Notes: generated from the letters alone by a model not told the origin. Shown: positions 1 through 7,437, numbered from the stretch's first letter. The stretch is 10,638 nt of DNA from Candidatus Heimdallarchaeota archaeon (GCA_030614005.1 JAUWKS010000093.1:1-10638); one strand, 5' to 3'. Translations and numbers: made by a program.

Positions 1-729
1 CAATATGTTTTATTTGGAGACAGACCAACAGATTATGAACACTATAAAACACCAGTATTCTTACGAATTGGTCAAAGAGAAACAATCTCTTTAACAAAAA
101 CCAATCTAACATCATTCGAAAATGTGAATCTACGTATTGGTTATTACATGTCTGATTTGGCATACTTTATTCAACCTTTAGTTTATTCACTAATTATCTT
201 CATGGCTTGTTTACTCTATGTTGGTGCAAGAACTCTCAGAAAGGATGTAATTGAGAAAGTAGTTATTACTTCCGATGATGAAGAAGAAGCTCCAATAGAA
301 TTAATTCAAGACTTCGTAGAAAAATATGAAGAAAAGACTGCTATTCAAACACGGATTACTGAGTTAGACGAAAACCGACGAAAGAAGAAAGTTAAAGCTA
401 AAGAATACGATCAACAAAGAAAGATTTTGGAAAGCAAACTCCGAGAAACTATTAAAACACTTGATACAACGAAACGAGCTCTTAAAGAAGAAGGTAGAAA
501 ATACCGCGACTCTATTCAAAAGATAGAAGTTAGTGAAGAAAAGAGAATAAGCGTTGAAAGAAGCATAGGTGATTTGAGAATAAGATATATTCGAGAAAAA
601 GCTATTTCCAAAGATGCTTACATCAGAATTCTCCGAGATTATAAGAATCAAATTGAGAAATTTGAAAGAGATATCGATCGAGAAATCATTAATCTGAGAC
701 TCCTTATAGAGCACGAATCAAAGAGTTAG
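1..729 (+). CDS. Ribophorin I (OST1/RPN1)-like protein, 5'-truncated by the window edge
   Basis: Frame +1 is open from base 1 (QYVLFGDRPTDY...), so the ORF-track start at 124 is internal. End of an extracellular domain (RETISLTKTNLTSFENVNLRIGY), one TM helix (FIQPLVYSLIIFMACLLYV) and a charged cytoplasmic coiled-coil (ALKEEG...ISKDAYI) parallel the C-terminal half of eukaryotic ribophorin I as recalled (RPVIVAYKKNL...QEPLLVV...RLKTEG...LKKDTYI). Confidence 0.75.
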   Translation, partial: QYVLFGDRPTDYEHYKTPVFLRIGQRETISLTKTNLTSFENVNLRIGYYMSDLAYFIQPLVYSLIIFMACLLYVGARTLRKDVIEKVVITSDDEEEAPIELIQDFVEKYEEKTAIQTRITELDENRRKKKVKAKEYDQQRKILESKLRETIKTLDTTKRALKEEGRKYRDSIQKIEVSEEKRISVERSIGDLRIRYIREKAISKDAYIRILRDYKNQIEKFERDIDREIINLRLLIEHESKS

Positions 730-730
730 A

Positions 731-762
731 TTTTTTCTTTCTCTTTCCTATTTTTTATTTTT
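731..762 (+). terminator. Oligo-T/pyrimidine tract, probable archaeal terminator
   Basis: TTTTTTCTTTCTCTTTCCTATTTTTTATTTTT directly after the stop at 729. Confidence 0.5.
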
Positions 763-824
763 CAACGAAAACAAGTGGATTTTGAGTTAAGCTCATATTT
801 TTTAGACAAAGAATGGTGAGTAGC

Positions 825-1412
825 TTACTTTACCCATCCTTTGAGTGTTTTTTCGCAATTTTCACAAGTGAACTTTGAATAGTCTCCATCATCTGACTTT
901 TCTTCAACAGAATACTTTTTCATACCACATTTGCAAACATATCCTCGTATTTTTGCAGGATTACCAAAAACAAGAGCATGTGGTGGAACATCTTTTGTAA
1001 CAATGCTGCCAGAGCCTATCATACAAAACTCTCCAAGAGTAACCCCACAAATGATCACTGCATTTGCACCAATTGATACACCATCCTCTACTTTTGTTTC
1101 AACGATTTTCCATTCTTGATTAAATGCTCGAGGATAGAGATCATTAGTGAAAACCATGTGTGGACCTAAAAAGACATTGTTACCAACTGTTACTCCATGA
1201 TAAACAGAAACTCGATTCTGAATTTTGACACCGTTACCAATTTTTACTCTGGAATCGATATACACACCTTTGCCGAGAATACAACCTTTGCCAAGCTCTG
1301 AATCTGAGCGAACATGTGCATGATGCCACACACTTGTGCCCTCACCAATTTTAGCTCCGTCTTCGACAATTGCTGTTTCATGGATTCTAACGTTTTTTCT
1401 TTCAGTTGTCAT
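825..1412 (-). CDS. wbpD: Hexapeptide-repeat sugar N-acetyltransferase (WbpD/WlbB-like) with C-terminal Cys4 Zn-ribbon
   Basis: IHETAIVEDGAKIGEGTSVWH, KIQNRVSVY, FLGPHMVFTND, SIGANAVIICGVTLGEFCMIGSGSIVTKDVPPHALVFGNPA match the WbpD family; CKCG...CENC at the C-terminus. Substrate not proven. Confidence 0.8.
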   Translation of the reverse strand: MTTERKNVRIHETAIVEDGAKIGEGTSVWHHAHVRSDSELGKGCILGKGVYIDSRVKIGNGVKIQNRVSVYHGVTVGNNVFLGPHMVFTNDLYPRAFNQEWKIVETKVEDGVSIGANAVIICGVTLGEFCMIGSGSIVTKDVPPHALVFGNPAKIRGYVCKCGMKKYSVEEKSDDGDYSKFTCENCEKTLKGWVK

Positions 1413-1430
1413 ATTATATTCATCGTCCAG

Positions 1431-1718
1431 TTACTTTTTGTTTGCTTCTTCTGTGGTATCCCATTCTTTCTCTATTTCAATTTTATCTTCAGTAGCTTCT
1501 TCTGTTCCGTCTTCAATAGTTTTTTTCTTTTTCCATTTACGTACCAAAAGAAATATCTCTAATCCCATAAATGCTAACAGGAGTACATCTGCAATTATGA
1601 ACAGATAAGCAATATTGGGTAATATTTGTAAAACTTTTATCTGCATATAAATCAGTGCAGGAAGTAATACAAAAAAAGTGATAATGCTACCAATTGTAAA
1701 AACTCTTTCAGCTTTCAT
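1431..1718 (-). CDS. Small two-TM membrane protein with charged C-terminal tail
   Basis: Two hydrophobic helices, then KKKK and an acidic tail; stop is 18 nt before the wbpD-like start, so probably co-transcribed. Confidence 0.7.
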   Translation of the reverse strand: MKAERVFTIGSIITFFVLLPALIYMQIKVLQILPNIAYLFIIADVLLLAFMGLEIFLLVRKWKKKKTIEDGTEEATEDKIEIEKEWDTTEEANKK

Positions 1719-1884
1719 AAGAAATCGTATTAGTGAACCTAGTTCTAATATTTTAATTCTCTGGAAAGTGATGATTATTTGTTTTAGAATGAACCAAAAT
1801 ATTCCCTTATATTTGCTTATTTTTGGAAAGGAAGTGAAATCTTTAATAAAGTAACTTTATGACATTGCAATAGTTGGTGGCAAA

Positions 1885-3174
1885 TTGGTCAAATTTTTCA
1901 TTGAAACATTCGGTTGTACAGCAAATGTCTCTGCTTCAGAATTAATGAGTTATTTATTGTTAGAATGTGGTTTTGAAAAAACTGCTAATAGAGAGCGTGC
2001 TGATTTTGTTATTCTAAATACGTGTGTAGTTAAAGCACCAACTGAAAATAAAATTAAAGATCAAATTATCAAATTAGCCAAAAGATATCCACTTATTATT
2101 GCTGGTTGTTTACCACAAGTTATGTCAGATTGGTGTAAAGTAAACATTCCAAAAGCAGCTCTAATTGGAGTGGATCATTTCTATAAGATATGTCAAGCTG
2201 CAGATGCGCTTATGAACGAACAAGAATTTAGCTCTATTTCAAGAAAAAGAGAATTCTCTCAAGAAACGAAAAGAGTAAGAGCAAGAGACTTAACTGGAAT
2301 AATTGAAATATCCAAAGGTTGTACCGGAGAATGTGCTTATTGTATCGTTAGAATAGCAAAAGGACCTTTAGTTTCAAAATCACCTGATTTAATTCTAAAT
2401 GAAGCATCTACTGCATTAAAGGAAGGATGTCAGGAGATTTGGCTTACTGCACAAGATACTGCCTCTTATGGAATTGACATTAAGAAAACCCTTCCTGATA
2501 TTGTAAAGAGAATCTCTGACTTGCCTGGAGATTTTATGATTCGCATAGGAATGATGAATGCAGATTACGCATTGCAATTTTTGCCTGAAATAAAAGAAAT
2601 GTTCAAACTTCCAAAAGTGTATTCATTTATTCATCTGCCTTTACAATCTGGAAGTGACAATGTTCTAACAAAAATGAAAAGAAAATATTCCGTGAAAGAA
2701 TATCTGTTTCTGATAGAAGAGCTTCGGAAAATAAAGAATTTAACTATTTCAACTGATGTTATTACTGGATTACCCGGAGAAACTGAAGAGGACTTTAATC
2801 AAACGAAGGAGCTCTTAGAAAGAATTCAATTTGATATTGTTAACATCTCCAAGTATGGAGATAGAAAAGGTACAGTAGCAAGTAAATCCAGAGAGAAGAT
2901 TCCTACAGAAATAGTCAAAGAACGGTCGATTATAATTACAAAATTAGTTCGTAAAATGACCTTAGAGAGAAATGAGAAATGGATCGGTTGGCAGGGAGAT
3001 GCTTTAGCTTTAAGGATTGATGAAAGAAATAATACCATTTTATTACGAAACAAATACTATAAATTGATTTCAGTAGATAATCCATCCTTGGATTTAGGAA
3101 AATGGTACAGAGTGAAAATTGAGAAAGCACGTAAAACTAGATTAATAGGTAGTATTACTTCTGTGCCCGAATGA
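1885..3174 (+). CDS. mtaB: tRNA t6A37 methylthiotransferase, archaeal/CDKAL1-type (MiaB-like radical SAM + TRAM)
   Basis: UPF0004 cysteines (GCTAN, NTCVV, AGCLPQ), radical SAM CxxxCxxC (CTGECAYC), EIWLTAQDTASYG, HLPLQSGS, ISTDVITGLPGETEEDF and a C-terminal TRAM domain. TTG start preceded by SD-like GGTGG at 1876-1880. Confidence 0.9.
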   Translation: MVKFFIETFGCTANVSASELMSYLLLECGFEKTANRERADFVILNTCVVKAPTENKIKDQIIKLAKRYPLIIAGCLPQVMSDWCKVNIPKAALIGVDHFYKICQAADALMNEQEFSSISRKREFSQETKRVRARDLTGIIEISKGCTGECAYCIVRIAKGPLVSKSPDLILNEASTALKEGCQEIWLTAQDTASYGIDIKKTLPDIVKRISDLPGDFMIRIGMMNADYALQFLPEIKEMFKLPKVYSFIHLPLQSGSDNVLTKMKRKYSVKEYLFLIEELRKIKNLTISTDVITGLPGETEEDFNQTKELLERIQFDIVNISKYGDRKGTVASKSREKIPTEIVKERSIIITKLVRKMTLERNEKWIGWQGDALALRIDERNNTILLRNKYYKLISVDNPSLDLGKWYRVKIEKARKTRLIGSITSVPE

Positions 3175-3221
3175 ACAATTTGAAATAGTAAATAGGAAGA
3201 AACAAGTGTAGGTTAACAAAT

Positions 3222-3938
3222 ATGGTTCGTTTTGATCTTCATGTTCACACCAATTATTCGGATGGAACAGATTCTACGGAAGAAATAATTAGACAAGCAG
3301 AAAAAATCGGTTTAGATGGTATTGGAATAACAGATCATGACACTTTTGGAGGGGTACACAAAGCTCTCGAAATTGAGACAACGCTCATTATTGTACCAGG
3401 TATAGAGATATCCACTTGTAAAGGACACATACTTGCTTATGGAATATCTGATGGCGAATTTGAGATAGGATTAACTCCAGCAGAAACTGTGGATCAGATT
3501 CACCGAGCAGGAGGAATAGCAGTCCCAGCACATCCGTTTGATTATATTCGTTTAGGGATAAAGGATGAAATATACAATATAAAATCTGATGCAATGGAAG
3601 TGATTAATGGATGTATAACTTTCGGACCATGGAATGAGAAAGCAAGAAAAGCAGCCATAGAGTTGGATTTACCAATGATTGCTGGAAGTGATGGCCATTC
3701 AACAGAAGAAATTGGCATTGCTTGGACGGATTTCATAAACGCACCGAAAAATTGGCAAGATGTCATTTCAATGATACTGAAAAAAGAAACAATTCCTGTA
3801 GGGAGGAGCCATCACGTATTGCCATCAAAGGTAAGACGATTTTGGAAAGCGTTTAAAAAACGAAATGATAGACCAACACCCTACCCATTTATCAAACAAC
3901 CAAAACAAAAAAACAATAAGAAAAGTGATGAAGAATAG
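3222..3938 (+). CDS. PHP-domain metal-dependent phosphoesterase
   Basis: DLHVHT, DG, ITDHD, GIEIS, GHILAYG, AHPF, EVING, GSDGH motifs; Lys-rich tail. Confidence 0.92.
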   Translation: MVRFDLHVHTNYSDGTDSTEEIIRQAEKIGLDGIGITDHDTFGGVHKALEIETTLIIVPGIEISTCKGHILAYGISDGEFEIGLTPAETVDQIHRAGGIAVPAHPFDYIRLGIKDEIYNIKSDAMEVINGCITFGPWNEKARKAAIELDLPMIAGSDGHSTEEIGIAWTDFINAPKNWQDVISMILKKETIPVGRSHHVLPSKVRRFWKAFKKRNDRPTPYPFIKQPKQKNNKKSDEE

Positions 3939-3947
3939 AACAAAAAA

Positions 3948-5039
3948 CTAGTCGAAATATTGTTTTAAAATTCGATCTTTTTGCATAAGCGGAATTAATA
4001 CTTCACTTGGTTTTTGCATTTCTGCTAATTTTGTACTTGTGTCAAGCCAATATTTTCGAGGTGTATCACACAATTTCTTAATTAACTTCTTAGTATCATC
4101 AATTGATTGTACAGAGAAACTTGGAAAACCTCTATCTTCAATAAATTTCTGGGGCTCAAGATGTCGCCAGAAATAAGTAATTGAGGGTACACCGAGAAGA
4201 GCAGCTTCTCTTGCCATTGTTCCTCCACCTGTGATAACAATCTCAGCATTTGATATTAAATTCAAGAAATAGAAACCGTTTGTGGGGATTTCAATTTGTC
4301 CCTCAAATTTTTCCAGTATTATTTCTCGCTGAATTTCATATCTTGGGAAGACAACTATCTTTCTTTGATAACATTCAATAATGTGTTCTAAAATTTCAAG
4401 ATAGGGTTTGCTATCCTTATCTTTCATATAGGAGGCAAAACTTTCTTCAGGGCGGTAAGCCAAATACATATTATCCTTTTCAATAGCTTTCTCTCTTAGC
4501 TTCAGAAATTTTTGTTGGTTCTCTCCTGCAATGTATTCAACTTCATCTACGCCATTATAATTGAACATTGTTTCTAGATTTGCACCAAGCCGGGTGAATA
4601 TTTCTTTAGGAATACAAGATGGGGTTAACAAGTAATTTGCTAAAGCAAAAGTAAGCTTAGCAACTGGTTTGGAATGAGCAGTATCGTTCATTAAAATTAA
4701 AGGAATGCCTAACCCAAAGGCAACTCGAGATGCATCTGGTGAAGAAAAGGATATTGCCACTGCAGGTTTGGTTGGCAAAGAGATAATATTTTCAGCAAGA
4801 ACAACAACTCTCCTGACACTTGCTAAGAGTTTATCCTCTAAAGATTTACCACCATAGTGACCAAATGAAACAGGTTGTATTTTGTGTGCTTTGAAAATGT
4901 CTAAAATGTAGTCATGATCGCGTGTTGTATAATGACAATTAAAACCAAATTTTTGCAACTCTTTACCAATAGCAAGAAAAAGCATTGCTTGTTTGGGCGT
5001 TAAAACTTCGAACCAAACTGTTTTTTCATTGTCATCCAT
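3948..5039 (-). CDS. DUF354 family protein (GT-B fold, UDP-GlcNAc 2-epimerase/glycosyltransferase-like)
   Basis: VWFEVLTPKQ N-terminus, YTTRD, SFSSPDASRVAFGLGIP, GVDEVEY, YRPEESFASY, ITGGGTMAREAALLGVPSITY. Start moved from 5123 to the ATG at 5039, where the family N-terminus begins and which overlaps the upstream stop (5032) by 8 nt. Confidence 0.8.
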   Translation of the reverse strand: MDDNEKTVWFEVLTPKQAMLFLAIGKELQKFGFNCHYTTRDHDYILDIFKAHKIQPVSFGHYGGKSLEDKLLASVRRVVVLAENIISLPTKPAVAISFSSPDASRVAFGLGIPLILMNDTAHSKPVAKLTFALANYLLTPSCIPKEIFTRLGANLETMFNYNGVDEVEYIAGENQQKFLKLREKAIEKDNMYLAYRPEESFASYMKDKDSKPYLEILEHIIECYQRKIVVFPRYEIQREIILEKFEGQIEIPTNGFYFLNLISNAEIVITGGGTMAREAALLGVPSITYFWRHLEPQKFIEDRGFPSFSVQSIDDTKKLIKKLCDTPRKYWLDTSTKLAEMQKPSEVLIPLMQKDRILKQYFD

Positions 5040-5328
5040 TTGATTCGTCCAACTTGTGATTATTATTTTCCCAATACTGCAAATCTTCCTTAAAGAAAGC
5101 CTTGATGAGTGTGTTCCAAACAATTAACCAAAATAGGAATAAAGCACCTGAAATAATAACTGAAACTATACCAAAAGAAAATCTATTCGCAGAAAGAAAA
5201 TAAAGAAGTCCACTTTCATCAAAAAAGATGAAATTAATGAATGCAATAATCATTATGAGGAAAATCCAAACGATAATGATAGCTTTTATTGGGCTCCAAG
5301 CAGCCATGAGAACTTTTTTGTAACGCAT
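5032..5328 (-). CDS. Small two-TM membrane protein (start uncertain; see frameshift finding)
   Basis: Two long hydrophobic segments; 3' end overlaps the DUF354 start, suggesting translational coupling. Confidence 0.65.
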   Translation of the reverse strand: MRYKKVLMAAWSPIKAIIIVWIFLIMIIAFINFIFFDESGLLYFLSANRFSFGIVSVIISGALFLFWLIVWNTLIKAFFKEDLQYWENNNHKLDESNG

Positions 5329-5486
5329 TTTAAAGCAAAATCCTTTGTAGCAGTGACTTTAATACTAATTGATTTACTTTTGAAAGTTTTTGTGTTCATA
5401 ATTAAATTTTCTAAGATGATACTCTTATTACAAACAATCAATTTAAATCTAATTACAACTAATCATTAATTTGAGGTTTATTTCTA

Positions 5487-6140
5487 ATGACAGAAGAAAC
5501 ATATAACTTACCCTTAATCGGGGATAAAGCACCAAGCTTTCATGCAAAAACAACTTTTGGAGAAGTTAATTTTCCAGAAGACTACAAGGGAAAATGGATA
5601 GTACTATTCTCACATCCAGCAGATTTTACTCCAGTATGTACAACAGAGTTCCTAGCATTTCAAGCAAGAAAGAAGGAATTCACAAAATTGAATACAGAAC
5701 TTATTGGGTTAAGCATTGACCAAATTTACAGTCACATTAAGTGGGTAGAATGGATAGCAGATACTATGAAAGTGGAAATCGAATTTCCAATTATTGCTGA
5801 TCATGGCAAAATTGGCAAATTGTATGGTATGGTTCACCCAAGCAAATCAGCAAGCACAGTGCGAGCTGTCTTTGTAATTGATCCGGAAGGAATCATACGA
5901 GCAATAATTTATTATCCACCAGAAATTGGCAGAAATATGGATGAAATATTGCGTATCTTGGAAGCATTCCATATCTCAGATAAACACGACGTAGCAATGC
6001 CTGCTAATTGGCCAAAGAACGAATTGCTAAAAGACAGAGTGATAATCCCACCCGCAAGTGATGTCAAAACTGCAAAACAAAGACCAAAAGACTATGATTG
6101 CTATGATTGGTGGTTGTGCCACAAAGAACGACCAAAATAA
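5487..6140 (+). CDS. Peroxiredoxin, archaeal Prx6 type
   Basis: [15 protein letters not shown] (peroxidatic C51), [32 protein letters not shown] and C-terminal CYDWWLC. Confidence 0.95.
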   Translation: MTEETYNLPLIGDKAPSFHAKTTFGEVNFPEDYKGKWIVLFSHPADFTPVCTTEFLAFQARKKEFTKLNTELIGLSIDQIYSHIKWVEWIADTMKVEIEFPIIADHGKIGKLYGMVHPSKSASTVRAVFVIDPEGIIRAIIYYPPEIGRNMDEILRILEAFHISDKHDVAMPANWPKNELLKDRVIIPPASDVKTAKQRPKDYDCYDWWLCHKERPK

Positions 6141-6173
6141 TATCAGCTTACTGCTAAAAAAAAGAACTAGTGT

Positions 6174-6198
6174 GTATCAGCATCTAAAATGCTGATAC
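6174..6198. repeat. Perfect 10-bp inverted repeat (terminator hairpin or operator)
   Basis: GTATCAGCAT-CTAAA-ATGCTGATAC, 33 nt after the peroxiredoxin stop, followed by a T-rich tract. Confidence 0.7.
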
Positions 6199-6315
6199 CT
6201 GCTACTTTTTAGTGTTCTTTATATTGCAAGCGACATAATTATAATTAGGGAGAAAAACATTATAAGTTATCAGCATATTAACAAAAATCTCAATTAACAA
6301 GGATAAGACTAAAAA

Positions 6316-6747
6316 ATGGCTGTAATAGAAGCAGGACTAATTATAAGTGGAATACCAATAGTAAGAAGTGAGTACGCTCCATCTGAGAAATTTGGAGACC
6401 CATTTATACGTATAGGACTTTTTACTGCAATACAAGCTTTTGCAGCACAAGCGTTCAGTGACGAAGCAGAAGAAATGAAATTCAAAAAATACGTTATTGT
6501 TATAAGAGATTTAAATCCAGGGGAAAAAATGCCAATATTACTATATGCTGTCGCAGAACGTGGAACAGATGCGTCCGAAATAAAAAATCGGCTTGAAAAT
6601 ATAAGCAGGACGATAAATATAGCAGAATTAATTCTTGATAGCCCAGCAAGTACAGATGAAATTAAAAAAATCAAAAGAAAAATCGATAGAGAGATGAAAG
6701 ATTTAAAATTAACACAAGCAGATAGAGCAAAATTCGTGTTTGGTTAA
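6316..6747 (+). CDS. Stand-alone longin/roadblock-like domain protein (Asgard-type)
   Basis: N-terminal beta-hairpin (AGLIISGIPIV), helix GLFTAIQAFAAQAF, strands YVIVI and LLYAVA, then C-terminal helices: a beta-beta-alpha-beta-beta-beta-alpha-alpha pattern by eye. T-tract at 6752-6761. Confidence 0.6.
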   Translation: MAVIEAGLIISGIPIVRSEYAPSEKFGDPFIRIGLFTAIQAFAAQAFSDEAEEMKFKKYVIVIRDLNPGEKMPILLYAVAERGTDASEIKNRLENISRTINIAELILDSPASTDEIKKIKRKIDREMKDLKLTQADRAKFVFG

Positions 6748-6810
6748 TAGATTCTTTTTTTGCAAGTAAACAGAAATCTTTAAAATAGCTTTTGAAAGAA
6801 AAGAGAGTGC

Positions 6811-6818
6811 TTATAGTA
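6811..6818 (+). promoter_or_regulatory. TATA box of the tRNA gene, with purine-rich BRE-like sequence upstream
   Basis: AAGAGAGTGC-TTATAGTA, about 30 nt upstream of tRNA position 1 (6846). Confidence 0.55.
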
Positions 6819-6845
6819 ATCAATCTATAACAGAACATTCAGCTG

Positions 6846-6984
6846 CTGGCCCTAACTCAGCTTGGCTAGAGTGCTCGGCTGTAGACTTAGTTCGCTCCAA
6901 TGAACCGTGATTTGGAGTCAGCCCGTATTCGACTGCTAGACAGTAACCGAGATGCCCCGAGTTCAAATCTCGGGGGCCAGACCA
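6846..6984 (+). tRNA. trnY: tRNA-Tyr(GUA), archaeal type, with a 61-nt intron at position 37/38 and encoded CCA
   Basis: Acceptor CTGGCCC/GGGCCAG (C1-G72), discriminator A6981, CCA 6982-6984; D stem ACTC/GAGT; anticodon stem CTCGG/CCGAG, anticodon GTA 6881-6883; variable loop ATGCC; T arm CCGAG-TTCAAAT-CTCGG. Exons 6846-6884 and 6946-6984. Confidence 0.97.
6885..6945 (+). ncRNA. tRNA-Tyr intron with BHB splice motif and internal K-loop hairpin; candidate H/ACA-like guide RNA
   Basis: BHB: CUGU (6879-6882) pairs with ACAG (6940-6943), with bulges AG^A and UA^A. Stem CUCCAA/UUGGAG is capped by U.U, tandem sheared G.A/A.G and loop ACCGU. The intron itself is near-certain; the confidence value is for the guide function. 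Confidence 0.65.
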
Positions 6985-6996
6985 TTTTCTATTTCT
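6985..6996 (+). terminator. T-rich tract after the tRNA
   Basis: TTTTCTATTTCT directly after CCA. Confidence 0.45.
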
Positions 6997-7029
6997 AATT
7001 GGTCTGTTTCAAACCTAAAATTAGCGTTA

Positions 7030-7047
7030 TATATTTAGCTCAAAATG
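7030..7047 (+). promoter_or_regulatory. TATA-containing motif upstream of Zn-ribbon gene 1
   Basis: TATATTTAGCTCAAAATG; 14/18 identical to the minus-strand motif at 9427-9444. Confidence 0.45.
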
Positions 7048-7140
7048 CTATCTTTTTGTGTATATTCTTCGATAAAATACTTTCAGATGAGTCTCAGAGC
7101 GTAGAAAAAGAGGATAGAAAAGGTTGAACGAAAATAGAAT

Positions 7141-7392
7141 ATGCCCGGAATAAAGAACAAACAGCAAGCAAAGGAAGAGATAGATGTATTGGATCGGTTA
7201 GTGGACTGGAGAAGAGAAGCGAGGGAAGAGGAGAAGAACCTGCGTTTCTGTCCACAATGCGGAAATTTAGTCAGAGTAAAACTAAAGGAACACAAATACT
7301 ATCAGAATTTTTACGGTTGTCCTATCTGTGGAGAAACAATCCTGTCAAAAGGAATGATACGGACTCCCAATAGTAGAGGATATAGAAGATAA
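7141..7392 (+). CDS. Small Zn-ribbon protein, paralogue of 9104-9385
   Basis: Charged helix, CPQC-x19-CPIC, C-terminal RTPNSRGYRR. Confidence 0.7.
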   Translation: MPGIKNKQQAKEEIDVLDRLVDWRREAREEEKNLRFCPQCGNLVRVKLKEHKYYQNFYGCPICGETILSKGMIRTPNSRGYRR

Positions 7393-7437
7393 AGAAAACA
7401 AAACTAACATTTTACTGATTAGAAATTTGAAGGAACT

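Noticed and set aside
1885-3174. Functional link between mtaB and the nearby tRNA-Tyr
   Set aside because: MtaB acts on t6A37 in ANN-decoding tRNAs; this tRNA has G37.
364-3766. Shadow ORFs 364-714, 931-1119, 1314-1562, 1336-1608, 2826-3053, 2936-3130, 3388-3594, 3542-3766
   Set aside because: Antisense to well-supported genes, with composition typical of reverse frames.
5040-5123. 28-aa N-terminal extension of DUF354 in the ORF track
   Set aside because: Overlaps the upstream membrane gene and precedes the family N-terminus.
6924-6931. CGUAUUC(G) complementary to the conserved 16S rRNA segment GGUGAAUACG (from memory)
   Set aside because: Only 7-8 bp, not positioned next to a box or pocket edge; compatible with chance.
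6885-6945. Intron as a full C/D box guide like the tRNA-Trp intron
   Set aside because: Only one internal D'/C'-like pair; no terminal RUGAUGA or CUGA, and the would-be D' guide is paired in the hairpin.
6309-7295. Antisense ORFs 6309-6674 and 7083-7295
   Set aside because: They mirror the longin-like and Zn-ribbon genes; no independent signal.
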